Positions 11,057-24,079 of a stretch of DNA of 64,000 bases are shown piece by piece; positions within the stretch are counted from its first letter, which is position 1, and every line of letters starts with the position of its first letter. The stretch spans positions 20,400,001 to 20,464,000 of the forward strand of contig CM059433.1 of the NCBI GenBank assembly GCA_030390025.1. Reading direction: 5' to 3'. The notes under the pieces are model-generated. The model saw only the letters and a list, made by a program, of their open reading frames with translations, ran no database searches and was not told where the DNA came from. The position numbers were made by a program, and so were the translations under genes. This DNA comes from Squalus acanthias (lineage: Eukaryota).

Positions 11057-11899
11057 GGCCGTGATTTTGCCGGCACTCAGAGAGGCGGGTCAGAGGTTAA
11101 AGTCCTATTGATTGATGGCGGGTCACAAACCCGCCTCCAAACAGCCTTCCCAAGTGTCGGGTCCCCGATTTGTGAATGGACCCGACACCGAGCGGCGGGA
11201 AATGGATTAAATGCAATTACCTGCCTATTAACAGGTACTTTGTCAGTAGTGTTCAGCCTGTTTTTTGATTTTCCAGCTTCTGGGTCGGGTTTCCCGACAT
11301 CCGGACACCACGCCAGGTAAGTGTGGTGTGTTGTGAGTCTGCTGTAATGTTTGTGAAAAGATGACAGCTGCAGAAGTGGTGTGAAGGATGCAATGTTGCA
11401 CATGGTGAGTTTCAGAGCAAAGAAAATGTTGGTTACTGCATTTTTAAAACATATACAGATTTCTTTATCTTACAAGTTTTTAATCCAACTATATGTCCAG
11501 TGCCACCTCATTGGGAGAACCTCTCTCACCAGTGACAGATCACTTCTGTCATCTCACCTGCAGCTGCCATCTATTCCAGCATGTGGAGGGAGTCATTGGA
11601 GAGCCTGGGTACAAGTGTTCACCTTTGTGCAGTGATTGTCAGTGTTTTCAGCACCTCAATGTTGTCAAACACTGAGAAATCAACTGTCAAAATAAAATTG
11701 TGCGTGGTCCCTTTAAGGAAACCGGCAGATGACACATCATCAAATGACGTCATCAGACCCGCTTCCTGTTAATTGGCCGCTTACCAAGGTCAATCAAGGG
11801 AAAATCACGTCTGTGGAGCGGAGGCAGCTGGGGGCGGGACCGGAACCCGGAAACCAGCTGACCCGCCCACATTCTGACACCGAACGCAAAATCGCGGCC
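11057..11899. mobile_element. Non-autonomous PIF/Harbinger element
   Basis: 14-bp TIRs GGCCGTGATTTTGC / GCAAAATCGCGGCC with canonical TAA TSD on both sides; interior 11490-11590 is homologous to the reverse complement of 35115-35200. Confidence 0.92.
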
Positions 11900-12269
11900 T
11901 AACTGTTAATAGAAACATAAACCATAGTATTGTGGCCTGTACCACAGAGTAAGGCAGAGCTTATGCATATATCCTACGAGATGATCGTTCTTCTTTGTAC
12001 TATCACCTGCATTCATCTGGGACTATGCTTCCCAACCGGAATTGATTTTATTTGTATTCTCTTGCTGCGTGGCTGCTTGCCACCACGTTCCTTCTTTCAG
12101 TTTGGAGAGTGAAATTATCTGATTTTTTTCCGCCCTGACTGCCCTCAATATGATTGCTCAGTCCCTCCCACCACAGCTCTGGGAGCTGCTTTGTTGTTGC
12201 AAAGTACTCCAGTTAAGAAATACTTAACCAGCTCCACCGATGAGATATTGCCTAATACTCCACCTAGTG

Positions 12270-12580
12270 TAGTACTCAGCCATACAGAACAGAGAGGCTG
12301 CAGGTTTGATCCCAGATCGGTGCTTTGTTTCCTGATTTCAACTGGGCAATAGTAGGGTGCCAATATTAAAATTAGTGCCCCTGGGTTCAGATGGAAGCAA
12401 GGGTTCTTGCTCCGCACTGCTGTCCAGTGACAGCTGCTGGAAGGCACTTGTGAGGACATGTCAGATAAGGACAGGATTTGGGTTGGTTGCGATGCTTCCC
12501 ACAGTTGAATGGCCTGCCAGTGCTCACTGTCCAGGATCCTACATGAAGAATAGTTACTTTGAAGAGGTACTAGAGGACTA
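12270..12580 (+). mobile_element. Old tRNA-derived SINE of a second family
   Basis: B-box-like GGTTTGATCCC; related reverse-strand fragments at about 19450-19650, 20260-20465 and 54610-54735. Confidence 0.5.
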
Positions 12581-12590
12581 TGGCCCCTGT

Positions 12591-12832
12591 GAACATAGAA
12601 ACATAGAAAAATAGGAGCAGGAGTAGGCCATTCGGCCCTTCGAGCCTGCTCCGCCATTCAATATGATCATGGCTGATCCTCTATCTCTATACCATATTCC
12701 CGCTCTCTCCCCATACCCCTTGATGCCTTTTGTGTCTAGAAATCTATCTATCTCCTTCTTAAATATATTCAGTGACTTGGCCTCCACAGCCTTCTGTGGT
12801 AGAGAATTCCACAGGTTCACCACCCTCTGAGT
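12591..12832 (-). mobile_element. CR1 LINE 3' end
   Basis: TQRVVNLWNSLPQKAVEAKSLNIFKKEIDRFL plus (TTTCTATG)n tail; very similar to 29220-29455. Confidence 0.92.
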
Positions 12833-13789
12833 GAATGGTTGTTGATGGTTGTCAGCCACTGGAACATTGGTTTACCAGCAGGAAGACCTTGCTTAATGTG
12901 ATACCTTATGCCTGAAAGCATTGCGATCAATAAGTATTCAGTATTTTACTCCAACAACAATTGTGTTGAACAGGTAGTAAATCGTTTCACAGCATGCAAT
13001 GGATAATAATTATTTCTCTTATTCATCACAAATATTTGAACATAACACTGCATTTATACTACAGAATCACTTCTTGTTGTTCTATATTTTGTTAAATAGG
13101 ATTCCAGTGCTATGAAATTGTATCACGGATTCAATTGCATTGCAACACATAACAACTATGTGCGTGCGTGATTGAGCATGCATAATTGTTTTAAAGAGGC
13201 TGTGTGTGACATGTTCTGGTTGCTGAAAGTCCTGAATAGGCCATTGAGGGAAAAATTCCACCACCAGCTATACAAGTGGGCTGAGCTACTCAGCACAATA
13301 ATGGCCTGGAACGATACTACCAGTGGGTGGGTCGGCGAGCTTCTCATGGCAATAGCACTGCCTCATTTACCTTACATCACTGCCACCAAAGTTAGGTCTG
13401 GCAGCTATAGTGGCACTGGAGGATAAAAACAGCATTTGACTGTCAGTAGACCCATAATGGAATCCAATAAGGAGTTCTGGACAGTTCACTTTAACTACAT
13501 AATGCATGACATCCAATTGCCAAGGTTAACTAAATCATTAATAGCAATTCCGACATTCAAGATCTGTCCTGCTTTATTAGGGACTACTGTGAGAGGGATT
13601 TGCTGTTCAAAAACTGCACAGATTATTGTCCTATTCCACTGCTCACATTCAGGTCAAAAAGAAAGATACACAATAACGGTGTGAGTCACATGGCACTGTA
13701 TCGCTGTAGTTTAATTCACATGGTACACTGGCATTATTAACCCATGGCAAGTGCAATTGCTGTGTTAGTGCTCAAATCAGGCAACAAAC

Positions 13790-14752
13790 TATCGTTTTCT
13801 CTGATTGGCCGGATGTGGTGGGTGCTGACCCCCCCCAGGGATATGTACTGGGGCTTCAGCTTTTCACCATAGACATTAATGACTTGGATGAAGGAATAGG
13901 GAGTTGTATATCCAAGTTTGAACATGACACTAGCTGGGACAGCGAGTTGTGTAGATGGGAACGAGAAGTTATGGGGAGTCGGGGCAGGATGTAGACAGAT
14001 TAGATAAGTGGGCAAAACTATGGCGGATGGAGTTCAGAATGAGGAGTTTTTTGGATCCGGGAAAGTCAAATGAGAATATTTTCTCAATGGGGGGAAACTA
14101 GAAGCTGCGGAGGAGCAAAGTGGTTTAGGTGTCCATGAACACAAATCACGAAAAGTTGGTGCAGAAAGCAATCCGAGGAGCTAATGCAATGTTGGCCTTT
14201 ATCTCAAGGGGGTTGGAATTCAAAAGTGAGGAAGTGATGCTTCAGTAGTACAGAGGCTTGGACAGACCCCATCTGAAGTGCTGCATTCAGTTTTGGGCAC
14301 CTCACCGAAGGAAAGATTGGCCTTGGAGATGGTACCATGACTTAAAGGATTAAGTTGTAAGGATGAATTGCATGAAGTTGGTTTGTGTTCCTTGAGTTGG
14401 GGGAGGTTGAAAGGTAGTCCAGTCGAGGTGTTTATGGGGTAGTTATTTTCCCTAGTAGGGGAGTCCAGACTAGGAGGCATGGCCTTGGAGTTGGAACTGG
14501 CTCAGTTGAGACTGAAATCTGGGGCACTACTTTCAAGTGAGGGAGTGGTGGAGGTCTGGAACTCTCTCCCAGGGGGCTGTGGCTGTTGAGTCAATTGAAA
14601 GTTTCAAGACTGAGATCGATGGAATTTTCTTCGTTGGGGGCATCAAGGGATAAGGAGAAGTGACTGATGGGTGGAGTTGTGCAGATGAGCTGTGATCTAG
14701 TAGAGTGGTGGAGCAGGCTTGAATGCTGAGTAACCGATTCCTGTTTCAATGT
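13790..14752 (+). mobile_element. Highly decayed CR1 LINE
   Basis: Remnants of PQG.VLG.QLFTI.INDLDEG, ANAMLAFISRGLE and VWNSLP motifs with many indels. Confidence 0.8.
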
Positions 14753-15149
14753 TTGCTAAATCCAGGGCTTCCTGTATTAAACTTCAGTATTTGAGCAGCA
14801 AATCACGGTATTTTCAGCCACTATACAAATGTATGGGATTTGTTACCCTACTTATGGGTGCATTATAGTTCTCTCTTATCCCCAGATCGTAGCACCAAAA
14901 TTCAGCTACTTCTGAATTTCTTACGGTTAACATTTTTTCTTGGAAAGTCTTCTCCTTGTCCACTACCCTCTACTGTGAAAGCACTTCACATTCTGAGGGG
15001 TGCTGTTCCACCAGTATGTCGCTCAAGTGATCCATCATTCACGGGCAAGCCTTATGAGCAAACAAACCTACGAAAATGTCAGGCGGGAAAAGACCAGCTG
15101 GTCCATCAAGCCTATCACACACTTCTGATACTTGGAGCATCATGACTAG

Positions 15150-15540
15150 ATTAATCTTAGACAGTTGCCGTGGAGAGATTGATTCAGTGGAAAGGGAACA
15201 GAGTTTGTGGTGTGAACCGAAGACAATGGCTTTGGTCTCCCCGATATTTAATTGGAGGAAATTTCTACTCATCCAGTGCTGGATGTTGGAGAAGCAGTCT
15301 GATAGTATAGAGACAGTGGAGGGTTTTTGAGAGAGGTGGAGGGGTGGTAGAGCTGGGTATCATCAGCGTACATGTGAAAACTCATGTTGTGTTGCCAGAT
15401 GATGTCACTGAGGGGCAGCATGTAGCTGAGAAATAGGAGGGGGGCCAAGGATAGATCCTTGGGGGACACCAGAGGTGACAGTGCGAGATCGGGAAGAGAA
15501 GCCATTGCAGGTGATTCTATGATTACGACTGGAAAGATAG
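15150..15540 (-). mobile_element. L2-clade LINE RT fragment
   Basis: PLLFLSYMLPLSDII...FHMYADDTQLY and MSRNFLQLNIGETKAIVFG, typical of L2/CR1-group RT. Confidence 0.85.
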
Positions 15541-15544
15541 GAAC

Positions 15545-16105
15545 AAAGTGGTGGAAGTTATGTTATAGCTGTATAGAGTTCTGGTTTGACCCCACCTGGA
15601 GTGTTGTATTCAGTGCTGGGCACCGCACCTCAGAAAGGATTTATTGGCCTTGGAGGAGGTGAAGAGCAGATTCACTCGAATGACACTGGGGCTAAAAGAG
15701 TTAAATTATGAGGACAGGTTGCATAGACTAGGCTTGTATTCCCTTGAATATAGAAGATTAAAGGGTGATCTAATTGAGGTGTTTAAGATGATCCAAGGAG
15801 TTGATAGGGTGGATAGAGAGAAACTATTTCCTCTGGTGGGGGAGTCCAGAACAAGGGACATGTGCTTACAATTAGAGCTAGGGTTTTCAGGGGTGATATC
15901 AGAAAGCATTTCTTCACAGAAAGAGGAGAAATCTGAAACTCGCTCCCCAAAAAGTTGTTGAGGCTAGGTCAATTGAAAATTTCAAAACTGAGACTGATAG
16001 ATTTTTGTTAGGCAAGGGTATTAAGGGTTACGGAACCAAGGTGGGCAGATGGAGTTAAGATACAGATCAGCCATGATCCAATTGAATAACCTACTTCTGT
16101 TCCTA
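15545..16105 (+). mobile_element. CR1 LINE 3' fragment
   Basis: LEEVKSRFTRM...YEDRLHRLGLYSLEYRRLKGDLIEVFK. Confidence 0.9.
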
Positions 16106-16124
16106 TTGACTGTTAATCCACTTA

Positions 16125-16320
16125 CCTTTTTTTGTGATGCAATCTCTGCCCCAGCCAGGAACCAGTCCAGTTCCCTCTTGAAGGCATAGAGAGAGTCAGC
16201 AAGCACCACACAAGCCGGCAATGCATTCCAGAGGCTCACTACTCTTTGGGAAAAGAAAAAACGCCTAAGATCTACCTATTCCTACTTTTGCATGGTTTAA
16301 ATGCATGTCCCTTGGTCCTT
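16125..16320 (-). mobile_element. CR1-like 3' fragment (divergent subfamily)
   Basis: FFSQRVVSLWNALPACVV.ADSL.AFKRELD. Confidence 0.75.
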
Positions 16321-17689
16321 CCTTGTTGATGACTGTTAGCAGACTCTTCAACTACTTGTGCATCAGTCAAGTGCTATGCAACGTTAATACAAACCCGCGA
16401 TGTGATGCACATGCACTCCCAGCTATGTATCACTCTGTGCCAGTATTAGTAGCTTTTATCAAAGGTTACTCCCAGGGAGCCTGCTCCATGTGATGGGTTG
16501 CAAGTGTGTGCTTCCCTTTCTTCTTTTGGTGAGCTCCTGATTTTAATCAAGCCTTTGTGGAGGCCGTGCCATTTCCCCACAGGAAGAATCTTTGCTGGAA
16601 TTGGGAGAACAGCAGACTGCACAGTAACAAGCTGTGAGTGAGAGAGGAGCACGCTGTTATCAATTATATGGGGGAGTATCGGCTAGACACCTGTTCTTAC
16701 ATTCTGTTTCTCTTTAAACATTTTATTGAATAATTCCTCTCAAAGGGATTGAGGGCAATGCAATGGCAGCAGGAGGGAGAGAGCAGGGGAGGAAAAAGGA
16801 GCACGAGGGATCCAGGAGTGTGGTAAGCTGATCAACTCTTCAGGGGGCAGAGAAGCTTCTTCTCAATTGCTCTCTTTACATTCTGTGTCTTTAAAATCTT
16901 TTGTCATCCCAAGGATTTGAAAAAGACAGAATGTAAGCAGAGCCTCATGAAGGAGACCCCTCCATGCTCCCCAAACAACTGTTCACTGCACGTCCTCATT
17001 TCAGTTGAACCTTGATTATCTGCCGGTTTACATTACCCGCCATGACAGATAATCAAGTCTTTATTGAAGTTCTATAAAATAATTCTCTTTAATTTGGACC
17101 CTTTTGGTCAGATGTCATGTGCAGTACTGTATGCAGTGCTGGGCAGCTAATTGCAGGGTGAATTCATACTCCACAAATTTAGCGCCAAAGCAAAACCAGG
17201 ATAGCCTCTCGCCAATGCTGAACTTGGAGTGTCAATCAAGATTGACTCCACAGGGAAGCAGATTGAGACTGCCTCCTCCAGAGATTCTCACTCTGCTTTG
17301 ATCTTTTTAGGTCAGGTCTTGACTCCGTATTCAGCTTGTGTTTCTACTGTAGCTGCAGTGTCAATAGGAAACAAAAATTGCTTCTCACCTATGATGTAGT
17401 TATAGTCTGAATGCAGCATTAGAAAAGATATATTGCTCTTCAGAGGGTATAGAGGAAAATCAGAAAGATGATTCTGGAGATAAGAAAATGAAGAAGTTCT
17501 TCATTCTGCATCTTTGATAGACTGTAGGAGGACAGCCTGGCTTGATAGGTTCTAGGACAACAGTTAAAAGGTTGTTGTGACTTTGCAATAGGCAGTAGAG
17601 CATGTGGCTTACTACTCCCACATCTCACAAAGTCCAGGACCTATATGTTGCACCAATTGGTTTCTCAGCAGATAAAGACTCTTTGGCAC

Positions 17690-18145
17690 AAACAGAAAAT
17701 GCTGGAAATACTCAGCAGGTCAGGCAGCATCTGTGGAGAGAGAAACAGAGTTAACGTTTCAGGTCGATGACCCTTCGTCAGAACTGGAAAAAGCTGGAGA
17801 CGGAACAGGTTTTTAAGCAAGTGCAGGGGCAGGGAAAGGGGGGAGGAGAGGAAAGAACAAAAGGGAAGGTCTGTGATAGGATGGAAGGCAGGAGAGATTA
17901 AGAGACAAAAGGGATGATGGTGCAAGGCAAAAGGGGATGGTAATGGGACAAGTTAAGAAACAAAAGATGGGTCTAGATGAAATGTGAATGGCGATGGTAG
18001 AATGAAAGACAGTTGCCATGTGAGAGAGAGAAAAAAAATGGAAAAAAAAGATAGGGGCAGAGGTTATGGTCTGAAATTGTTGAACTCGATGTTGAGTCCA
18101 GAAGGCTGTAAAGTGCCTCACCGAAAGATGAGGTGCTGTTCCTCT
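17690..18145 (-). mobile_element. Penelope-like element 3' end (family B)
   Basis: Minus-strand EEQHLIFR*GTLQPSGLNIEFNNFR (GIY-YIG C-terminus) followed by UTR, hammerhead and tail. Confidence 0.88.
17749..17785 (-). ncRNA. Minimal type I hammerhead ribozyme motif (family B)
   Basis: Minus strand AGTT-CTGACGA-A-GGGTC-ATC-GACCT-GAAA-CG-TT-AACT. Confidence 0.82.
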
Positions 18146-18300
18146 TTGGTCTTTCCATTGAACTTTTTGCCACCAATGTTTGGTACAAAGCTAGCTGCTG
18201 ATCACCCTAGTATACCTTCTTTGATGCAATGCCACTGAAAGCAGGACATACTGTGATTGGGGTCGTACAGATGACGTATCCAACAAGTGATGTTACCTGC

Positions 18301-18527
18301 TGTCAGCTTTGGCTCAGTGATAGCACTCTTGCCTCTGAGTCAGAAGGTTGTGTGTTAAAAGCCCACTCCAGGGATTCAAGCAAGTATTCTAGGCTGACAC
18401 TTCAGTGCAGTATTATCTTTCAGTTGAGATGTTAAACTGAGGTGCCATCTGTCCTCTCCGGTAGACGTAAAGGATCCCATGGTACTATTTAAGTAATAGC
18501 TGAGAGTTATCCTGGTGTCCAGGCCAA
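18301..18527 (+). mobile_element. DeuSINE 5' half
   Basis: TGGCTCAGTGATAGCACTCTTGCCTCTGAGTCAGAAGG head and part of the Deu-domain. Confidence 0.85.
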
Positions 18528-19267
18528 AGTGAGAAATGCGCACCATTGTCTGCAGATGTGCGGGTACCATTGGGCGGACACAGAACATTTATCATGCAGC
18601 CTGAAATGCCTAGCGTCCTTCCATAGGTCTTTCTCTTCTTCCAGACACGCACAATAGGGGGATTCCCATGGAAAGCCTTTAGGTACCAGTATTGGTGTAA
18701 AAAAATCATTAATTGGCACAGACTCACAGGGACCTAAGTACCAAAAGGAAACAACAAATAGGGTTAAATGGCTAAAATATACTTAACTTTTATTGTTGTG
18801 TCCTTTACATGACCTGCTGGATGTTTACCAGCAGCAAGAAGCTCTGAATGCCCATTTAAAATGAGCATTCCTAATCTCACAACTGCGGGAACTGGCATGC
18901 AGATCTGACATGCTCCTGAACACTTAGTAAATTGAGATTCTTGCGCATATGAGATGCAGACAACTAGAGCCACTGTTCACACCCACAAGAAAATGCATTG
19001 GGTTGCAAACCTATTGCACTTTCAGCAAAATGGAGTTTTGTCCAATTTTCCTCTTTCAGCTGCTCCGATACCATCAGAAATTGGACAGTAAAGCGGAGGA
19101 CAATCCTGTCTACTGACTTCTGCTGGGATACAGTTCCGAGGATGCCATCAGCCCTCTGGTATGTCATCCAAGTGGCTGTTTTTCCTTTGTGAACCTTGAT
19201 GCCGAATTTCAGCAGAACAGCGGAACCTCTGCTTCGCTGGCCCTGCCTGCACCCAAAGCCCACACAC

Positions 19268-19442
19268 GGGGGTAAATTTGACTTTAGGCGATAGTGTAAA
19301 ATGGGTGATAACTAGTTGGCCGCCCGCTTTACATCTCTCCCGATTCTCATTGCCATTGAAGTCAAATCGGGAGAGATGTAAAATGGGCTGCTGATTCGCC
19401 ATCACCCGTTTTACATTCTCGCGCAAAGTCAAAACCTACCCC
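19268..19442. mobile_element. Fold-back MITE (about 175 bp)
   Basis: Whole-length inverted symmetry: TTTGACTTT / AAAGTCAAA, TGTAAAATGGGTGAT / ATCACCCGTTTTACA, TTTACATCTCTCCCGATT / AATCGGGAGAGATGTAAA; deleted copy at about 58880-58991. Confidence 0.85.
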
Positions 19443-20794
19443 AAATAGTGGTCGCGAGTGGGAAATCTGGCTAATTTTTTTTTTTTTGCCTGCTTTTTAG
19501 CCTGGGGGTGCTGAGGCCAATTGCAGTCTCCCTGTTGGAGCTCCGAGTGACATTAACTGACTCAGCACAGGCCAGTAATCAATCCAGTGGCATTAGTGGT
19601 CTGGGGGGTTAATCCACTTTTGGCAGCGCATTCAGCCACTGAGGGGTTCGGGAGGCTCGGAAGCAAGATAATAAAATCGAACCGAGTGTGGTGCTGTCAT
19701 AAGGAGAAGAATGGGAGTAATTTGAGTTGCCTTTAATACAGCAAATCAAAACTCTCTATATGTAATGCCCAATTTTCCTAATAAAGGAGCAAGAAAATCA
19801 TGAAAAGAATACAATTCCGATGTAATTTGGCTTATACAGACGCATTTACACTTTGTCAGTGTGTGTCACTAATCTTAACCTTGGACTTCATTCTCAAGTT
19901 CCCTGATAAAATGTAACATTTTTAATTAATGTTTATGTGTGAAAGGGGACATCAAAAACAGCGCAGTCCAGCAAAATGTAGCAATGTCATGGTTCATTAG
20001 CATGATGTAAATATTTATAAGACTGCTGTTATTGACTCTGAAGGGTTCATCTACATTTCTTTGATTCTGGGTTTCAGTGGAGTACAGTGACGAGTCAAAC
20101 ATCCATCTGTAGGAACTCCTGCTGCTGCACCACATAAATAAATCAGTTTCAATTCACTTTTAACAGTGTCACACGTACATATTATTCTGACCTCAAAGTG
20201 CCGTTGCATCGGAGCCCTTTCCTCTCTTCACCCAATGTCTGCACATCCTTACTCTCTCCCTCGATCACTGGGTAGAAATCAGCAGCGGGGTCCCTGGATG
20301 ATTTCCATCCTCCTCCCTACTCTGCCCCTGAAGCGTTGAGACCAATTGTACCGACCCGACAGCTGGCCCAGCTAAGATCAAGCAACTCAGCACAGACTAG
20401 GGATTGAACATGAGGCTTTGCTGATCTGCAATGCTCAGCTATTCACTACTGAGCCATCAAGGGAACTGACTAAATTCCAAAAGAATCGGTTTCAACCATA
20501 TAAAGCAGGAGCAACCAAATCACAGGTCTATCATGACTTTGAATTTTAATATATTTTCTGCTTAGACAATGATAATACTAATGTTTTAAATGGACAAATG
20601 CATCTGCTAATATAGCATGTATGAATCCATTCAGTATTTTAAGCTGTGATTCCTTAATGGCCTTACCCCTTCCTACTGCTGTAATCTCCTCCAGCCCTGC
20701 AGTCCTCCGAGAAATATGTGTTGCCCTCTGACACCGGCCTCTTGTGCATCCCCCACTCAACCATCTAGGCCCAACGTTCAAAAATTCCCCCAGA

Positions 20795-21025
20795 GGCGAC
20801 ACGAGGGAAAACTTTTTTTACGCTGCGAGTTGCTATGATCTGGCATGCACTGCCTGAAAGCAGATTCAATAGTAACAAAAGGGAATGGAATAAATACTTG
20901 AAAGGGAAAAATTTGCAGGGCTATGGGGAAAGAGTGGGGGAGTGAGACTAATTGGACAGCGCATTCAAAAAGCCGGCACAGGCAAGATGGGCCGAATGGC
21001 CTCCTTCTGTGTTATAAGATTCTAT
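20795..21025 (+). mobile_element. CR1 3' end nested in an L2 3' fragment (about 20640-21160)
   Basis: GGCCGAATGGCCTCCTTCTGTG motif and ATTCTAT tail; flanks resemble L2 3' sequence (TTTAAGACCCTCCTTAAAACC). Confidence 0.7.
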
Positions 21026-21160
21026 AAACCTCTCCACTTCCCTCCTCCTTTAAGACCCTCCTTAAAACCAAGCTCTTTGTCCAAGCTTTTGGTCACATAT
21101 CCTAATAGCTACTTCTTCAGCTTGATTTTATTGTCTGATTATGCCTCTGCGAAAAACCTT

Positions 21161-21823
21161 GGGCTGGATTTTGTCAATGGGGACGCGTTGGGGTCAGGAC
21201 TGCTGGTTGTCGGGTTTCAATCCTGCCCCCAATGATGTCCGACCAACCTACGCTATTTTCCCTTGATTGACCTTGTTAAGCCCACCCTGCGGGCGTAGCC
21301 GGCCAATTAAGGGAAAGCCGGTGACAGAGGACGTCAGCGTATGACGTTTCATCTGTCGAAAATTTTTGACAGATGAATTGTCAGCGTTTGACAGCTTTGA
21401 GAAGCTGTCAAACACTGACAATCTCTGTTCTAAGGTGAGCCCTTGCACAAAGACTCACCAAAACCGCTTTCCTCAGCAGAAATCAGATGGCTGCTACATC
21501 TGAGAATGCAGCAGTCATTCTGTCATCTCTGCCGTTGAGATGAGGCACCTCCGGATCCCCGAGGGCTGAAGCCTGCAGGAAGAAACAAAGGTAAGTAAAC
21601 TTTTTCTAACACTTTACACTCACCTCTCATAATACCTCTCCACACTTGCACCCATCACTCACCTCCACTGTGGACTTTTCAATCCCTCTCACCCCCGCAG
21701 ACCCACTGCTCGCCTCGCTGACCCTGGCAAGGTTCGCAGCCGTTGGGAAGCCCGCACTTGCAGGGGTAAAATGAGGATAAGCCTCTTAACTGCCTATTAA
21801 CTACCCGTTAACCTATCAGCGGG
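21161..21823. mobile_element. Truncated Harbinger-like MITE, same family as 30282-31109
   Basis: Starts GGGCTGGATTTTGT and is colinear with the 30282 copy; right end missing. Confidence 0.85.
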
Positions 21824-22160
21824 TTGTGGGGCTGAAGGAGATTACAGAGATAGGGAGGGGCAAGGCCACGGGGAGGGATTTGAAAACAAGGATGAGAATT
21901 TTGAAATCGAGGCGTTGCTTAACCGAGAGCCAATGTAGGTCAGCGAGCACAGGGGTGATGGATGAACGGGACTTGGTGCGAGTTAGGACACGGGCAGCTG
22001 AGTTTTGAATGACCTCAAGTTTACGTAGGGTAAAATGTGGGAGGCCAGCCGGAGTGCGTTGGAATAGTGAAGTCTAGAGGTAACAAAGGCATGGATGAGT
22101 GTTTCAGCAGCGGGATGAGCTGAGGCAAGGGCGGAGATGGGCGATGTTACGGAGGTGGAC
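21824..22160 (-). mobile_element. L2-clade LINE ORF2 C-terminal fragment
   Basis: Minus strand SRLHYSNAL...QNSAARVLTRTKSRSSITPVLADLHWL. Confidence 0.85.
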
Positions 22161-23369
22161 CAAATCTACTATAACATTTTGCTTATTGGCAGGACGGTGA
22201 CTTTCACGTAATACAGAAGAATTTTATTCAGTCTGTAGAAATAATGAAGTGGAAATTGTTAGTGTATTCAAAATTCATTTTTATTCCAAGCGTCTGCTGT
22301 GGCAGTGTGCATCATTATTCCTGCAGGCTGTGTAATCACTTGGCTTTGCTAGGCCAGAACTTTTCCCGGAAAGTAGCTTGAGAATCTCAGTCAGACTTTT
22401 GTATGTAACACTGAACTCCTTTACTGAATACTGGAGTTCAGCACAACCTTCAGCTGTATTCCATTCCGATTTCTTTAATGAGCCTGCCCTATTTATATCT
22501 GGTTTGCCCTGCGTATCTTTAAGTGACTATTAGACAAGAAATATGACTTCCATGTGCATGCGTGGAATAAGATTAAATGGAAGTAGATGGTTGGACCTCG
22601 CTGGTAACATCATTTGCTGAGCTCACCATCTACCTGCTCATAGGAAAAAAATGACATTAAAAAACACAACCAAGCTTTGTGCTGTTTTTGTTTAACATTA
22701 TCTTATATTTTCTAGCTTCTAAGCAACTATGGTCATTAAGGGACATTGTTTTAGATGTAAGATTTCGGTAGCATACAACCATTCGTGATGACATGCTTAA
22801 AGCAGCTGGTTACAAATGATCAGATTATGGAGCGGTGTTGCTTAAATTAATTATTTAGAGTGTGTTGGATCCATTAACTAGCAGGCATTGTGTTTGAGCA
22901 AATCAGCTCGCACGGATTTGTTCACTTGCTTTAGTGCTTTAACAGATAATGATGCCCTTTGAGTTTCCTTTTAAATTTCATAACCACGTACTGGTCAGGT
23001 GCCCTCAGTCCTCTCACAGCTGTGTCTAGCCACATGCTCCTACTCCTTGCAGGGCAATGTGCTCTTATTCCTCCCCGATTTATATGGATTAACTGAGAGT
23101 TACTCCAGACAGGACCTCTCTCAAACCTTGAAATCCCATCCACAGGAAATCTCCAAGATGATGATTCCCTCGCGTTATCTTATTATTTTTATTACTTAGT
23201 CACTCCTTATTCAAAAGTAATTTTCACATGCTGTACATGACCCAGGTATGCTTAATGTTGACATCACAAGACCTCCAAACATACCTCACATTATATTGTT
23301 GCCAAAATTGTGGGCTGTTCATGCCCCAGATATTCACAAACCCTTATTATTCTGATGGAAAATGAATAG

Positions 23370-23875
23370 ATTTTTATGGAATCCCAGCAGAAATCTAAAA
23401 GTGTGTGTCTGCTTGGATGACATTGCTCAATTGAATTTACTTACGCTTTCAAAGCCATTGGATAGAGCTTGTGCAGCAGAACCTCAACTATAAGTACAAG
23501 ACACAAAATGCTACTGCATAAATTGCAACGGCATCTTGCTGTTATTAATTTCTGTTGTTTCTGAATTAATAGTGAACACTATAGACAATGCCCTCCTCAA
23601 GCTGCTAGCTCGAGCACAGTGCAGCATGGCAGACCTGGTCTTTGTTGCAAGACAAATGCTGAGAATAGAATTTGCACCTATGTCCAGTATTCATTGAACT
23701 TTGCTAATGGGAAATCCTTGTCTACTGCAGCTCCCAACAAAGTTTGGACATTCCAGATTAGTATATCAACATCATTCAACAGCTGTATGACGTTATGCTT
23801 GGTGGAATGTGTACAGATGGGCTTCGGTGTGAGTTTTTGGAATTTCAATAGGCCTAAATGCTTTGAAAGACTTGA
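23370..23875 (+). mobile_element. Ancient RTE-clade LINE, RT N-terminal part (fossil)
   Basis: Frameshifted motifs GIPAEI*K, SMADLVFVARQML and KFG-IPD*YINIIQQLYDVM. Confidence 0.7.
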
Positions 23876-23881
23876 AAAAGG

Positions 23882-24038
23882 AAAAAGAAACACTTGCATT
23901 TATACAGCGCCTTTCACGACCTCAGGACGTCCCAAAGTGCTTTACAGCTGTTGAAGCACTTTTGAAGTGTAGTCACTGTTGTAATGTAGGAAACGTGGCA
24001 GCCAGTTTTGTGCACAGCAAGCTCCCAGAAACAGCCAT
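23882..24038 (-). mobile_element. DeuSINE 3' tail fragment
   Basis: Matches 2072-2230. Confidence 0.85.
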
Positions 24039-24079
24039 GTAATAATTTGGGTAAATGTAAGAGACTAGGTTGAAAGGGG

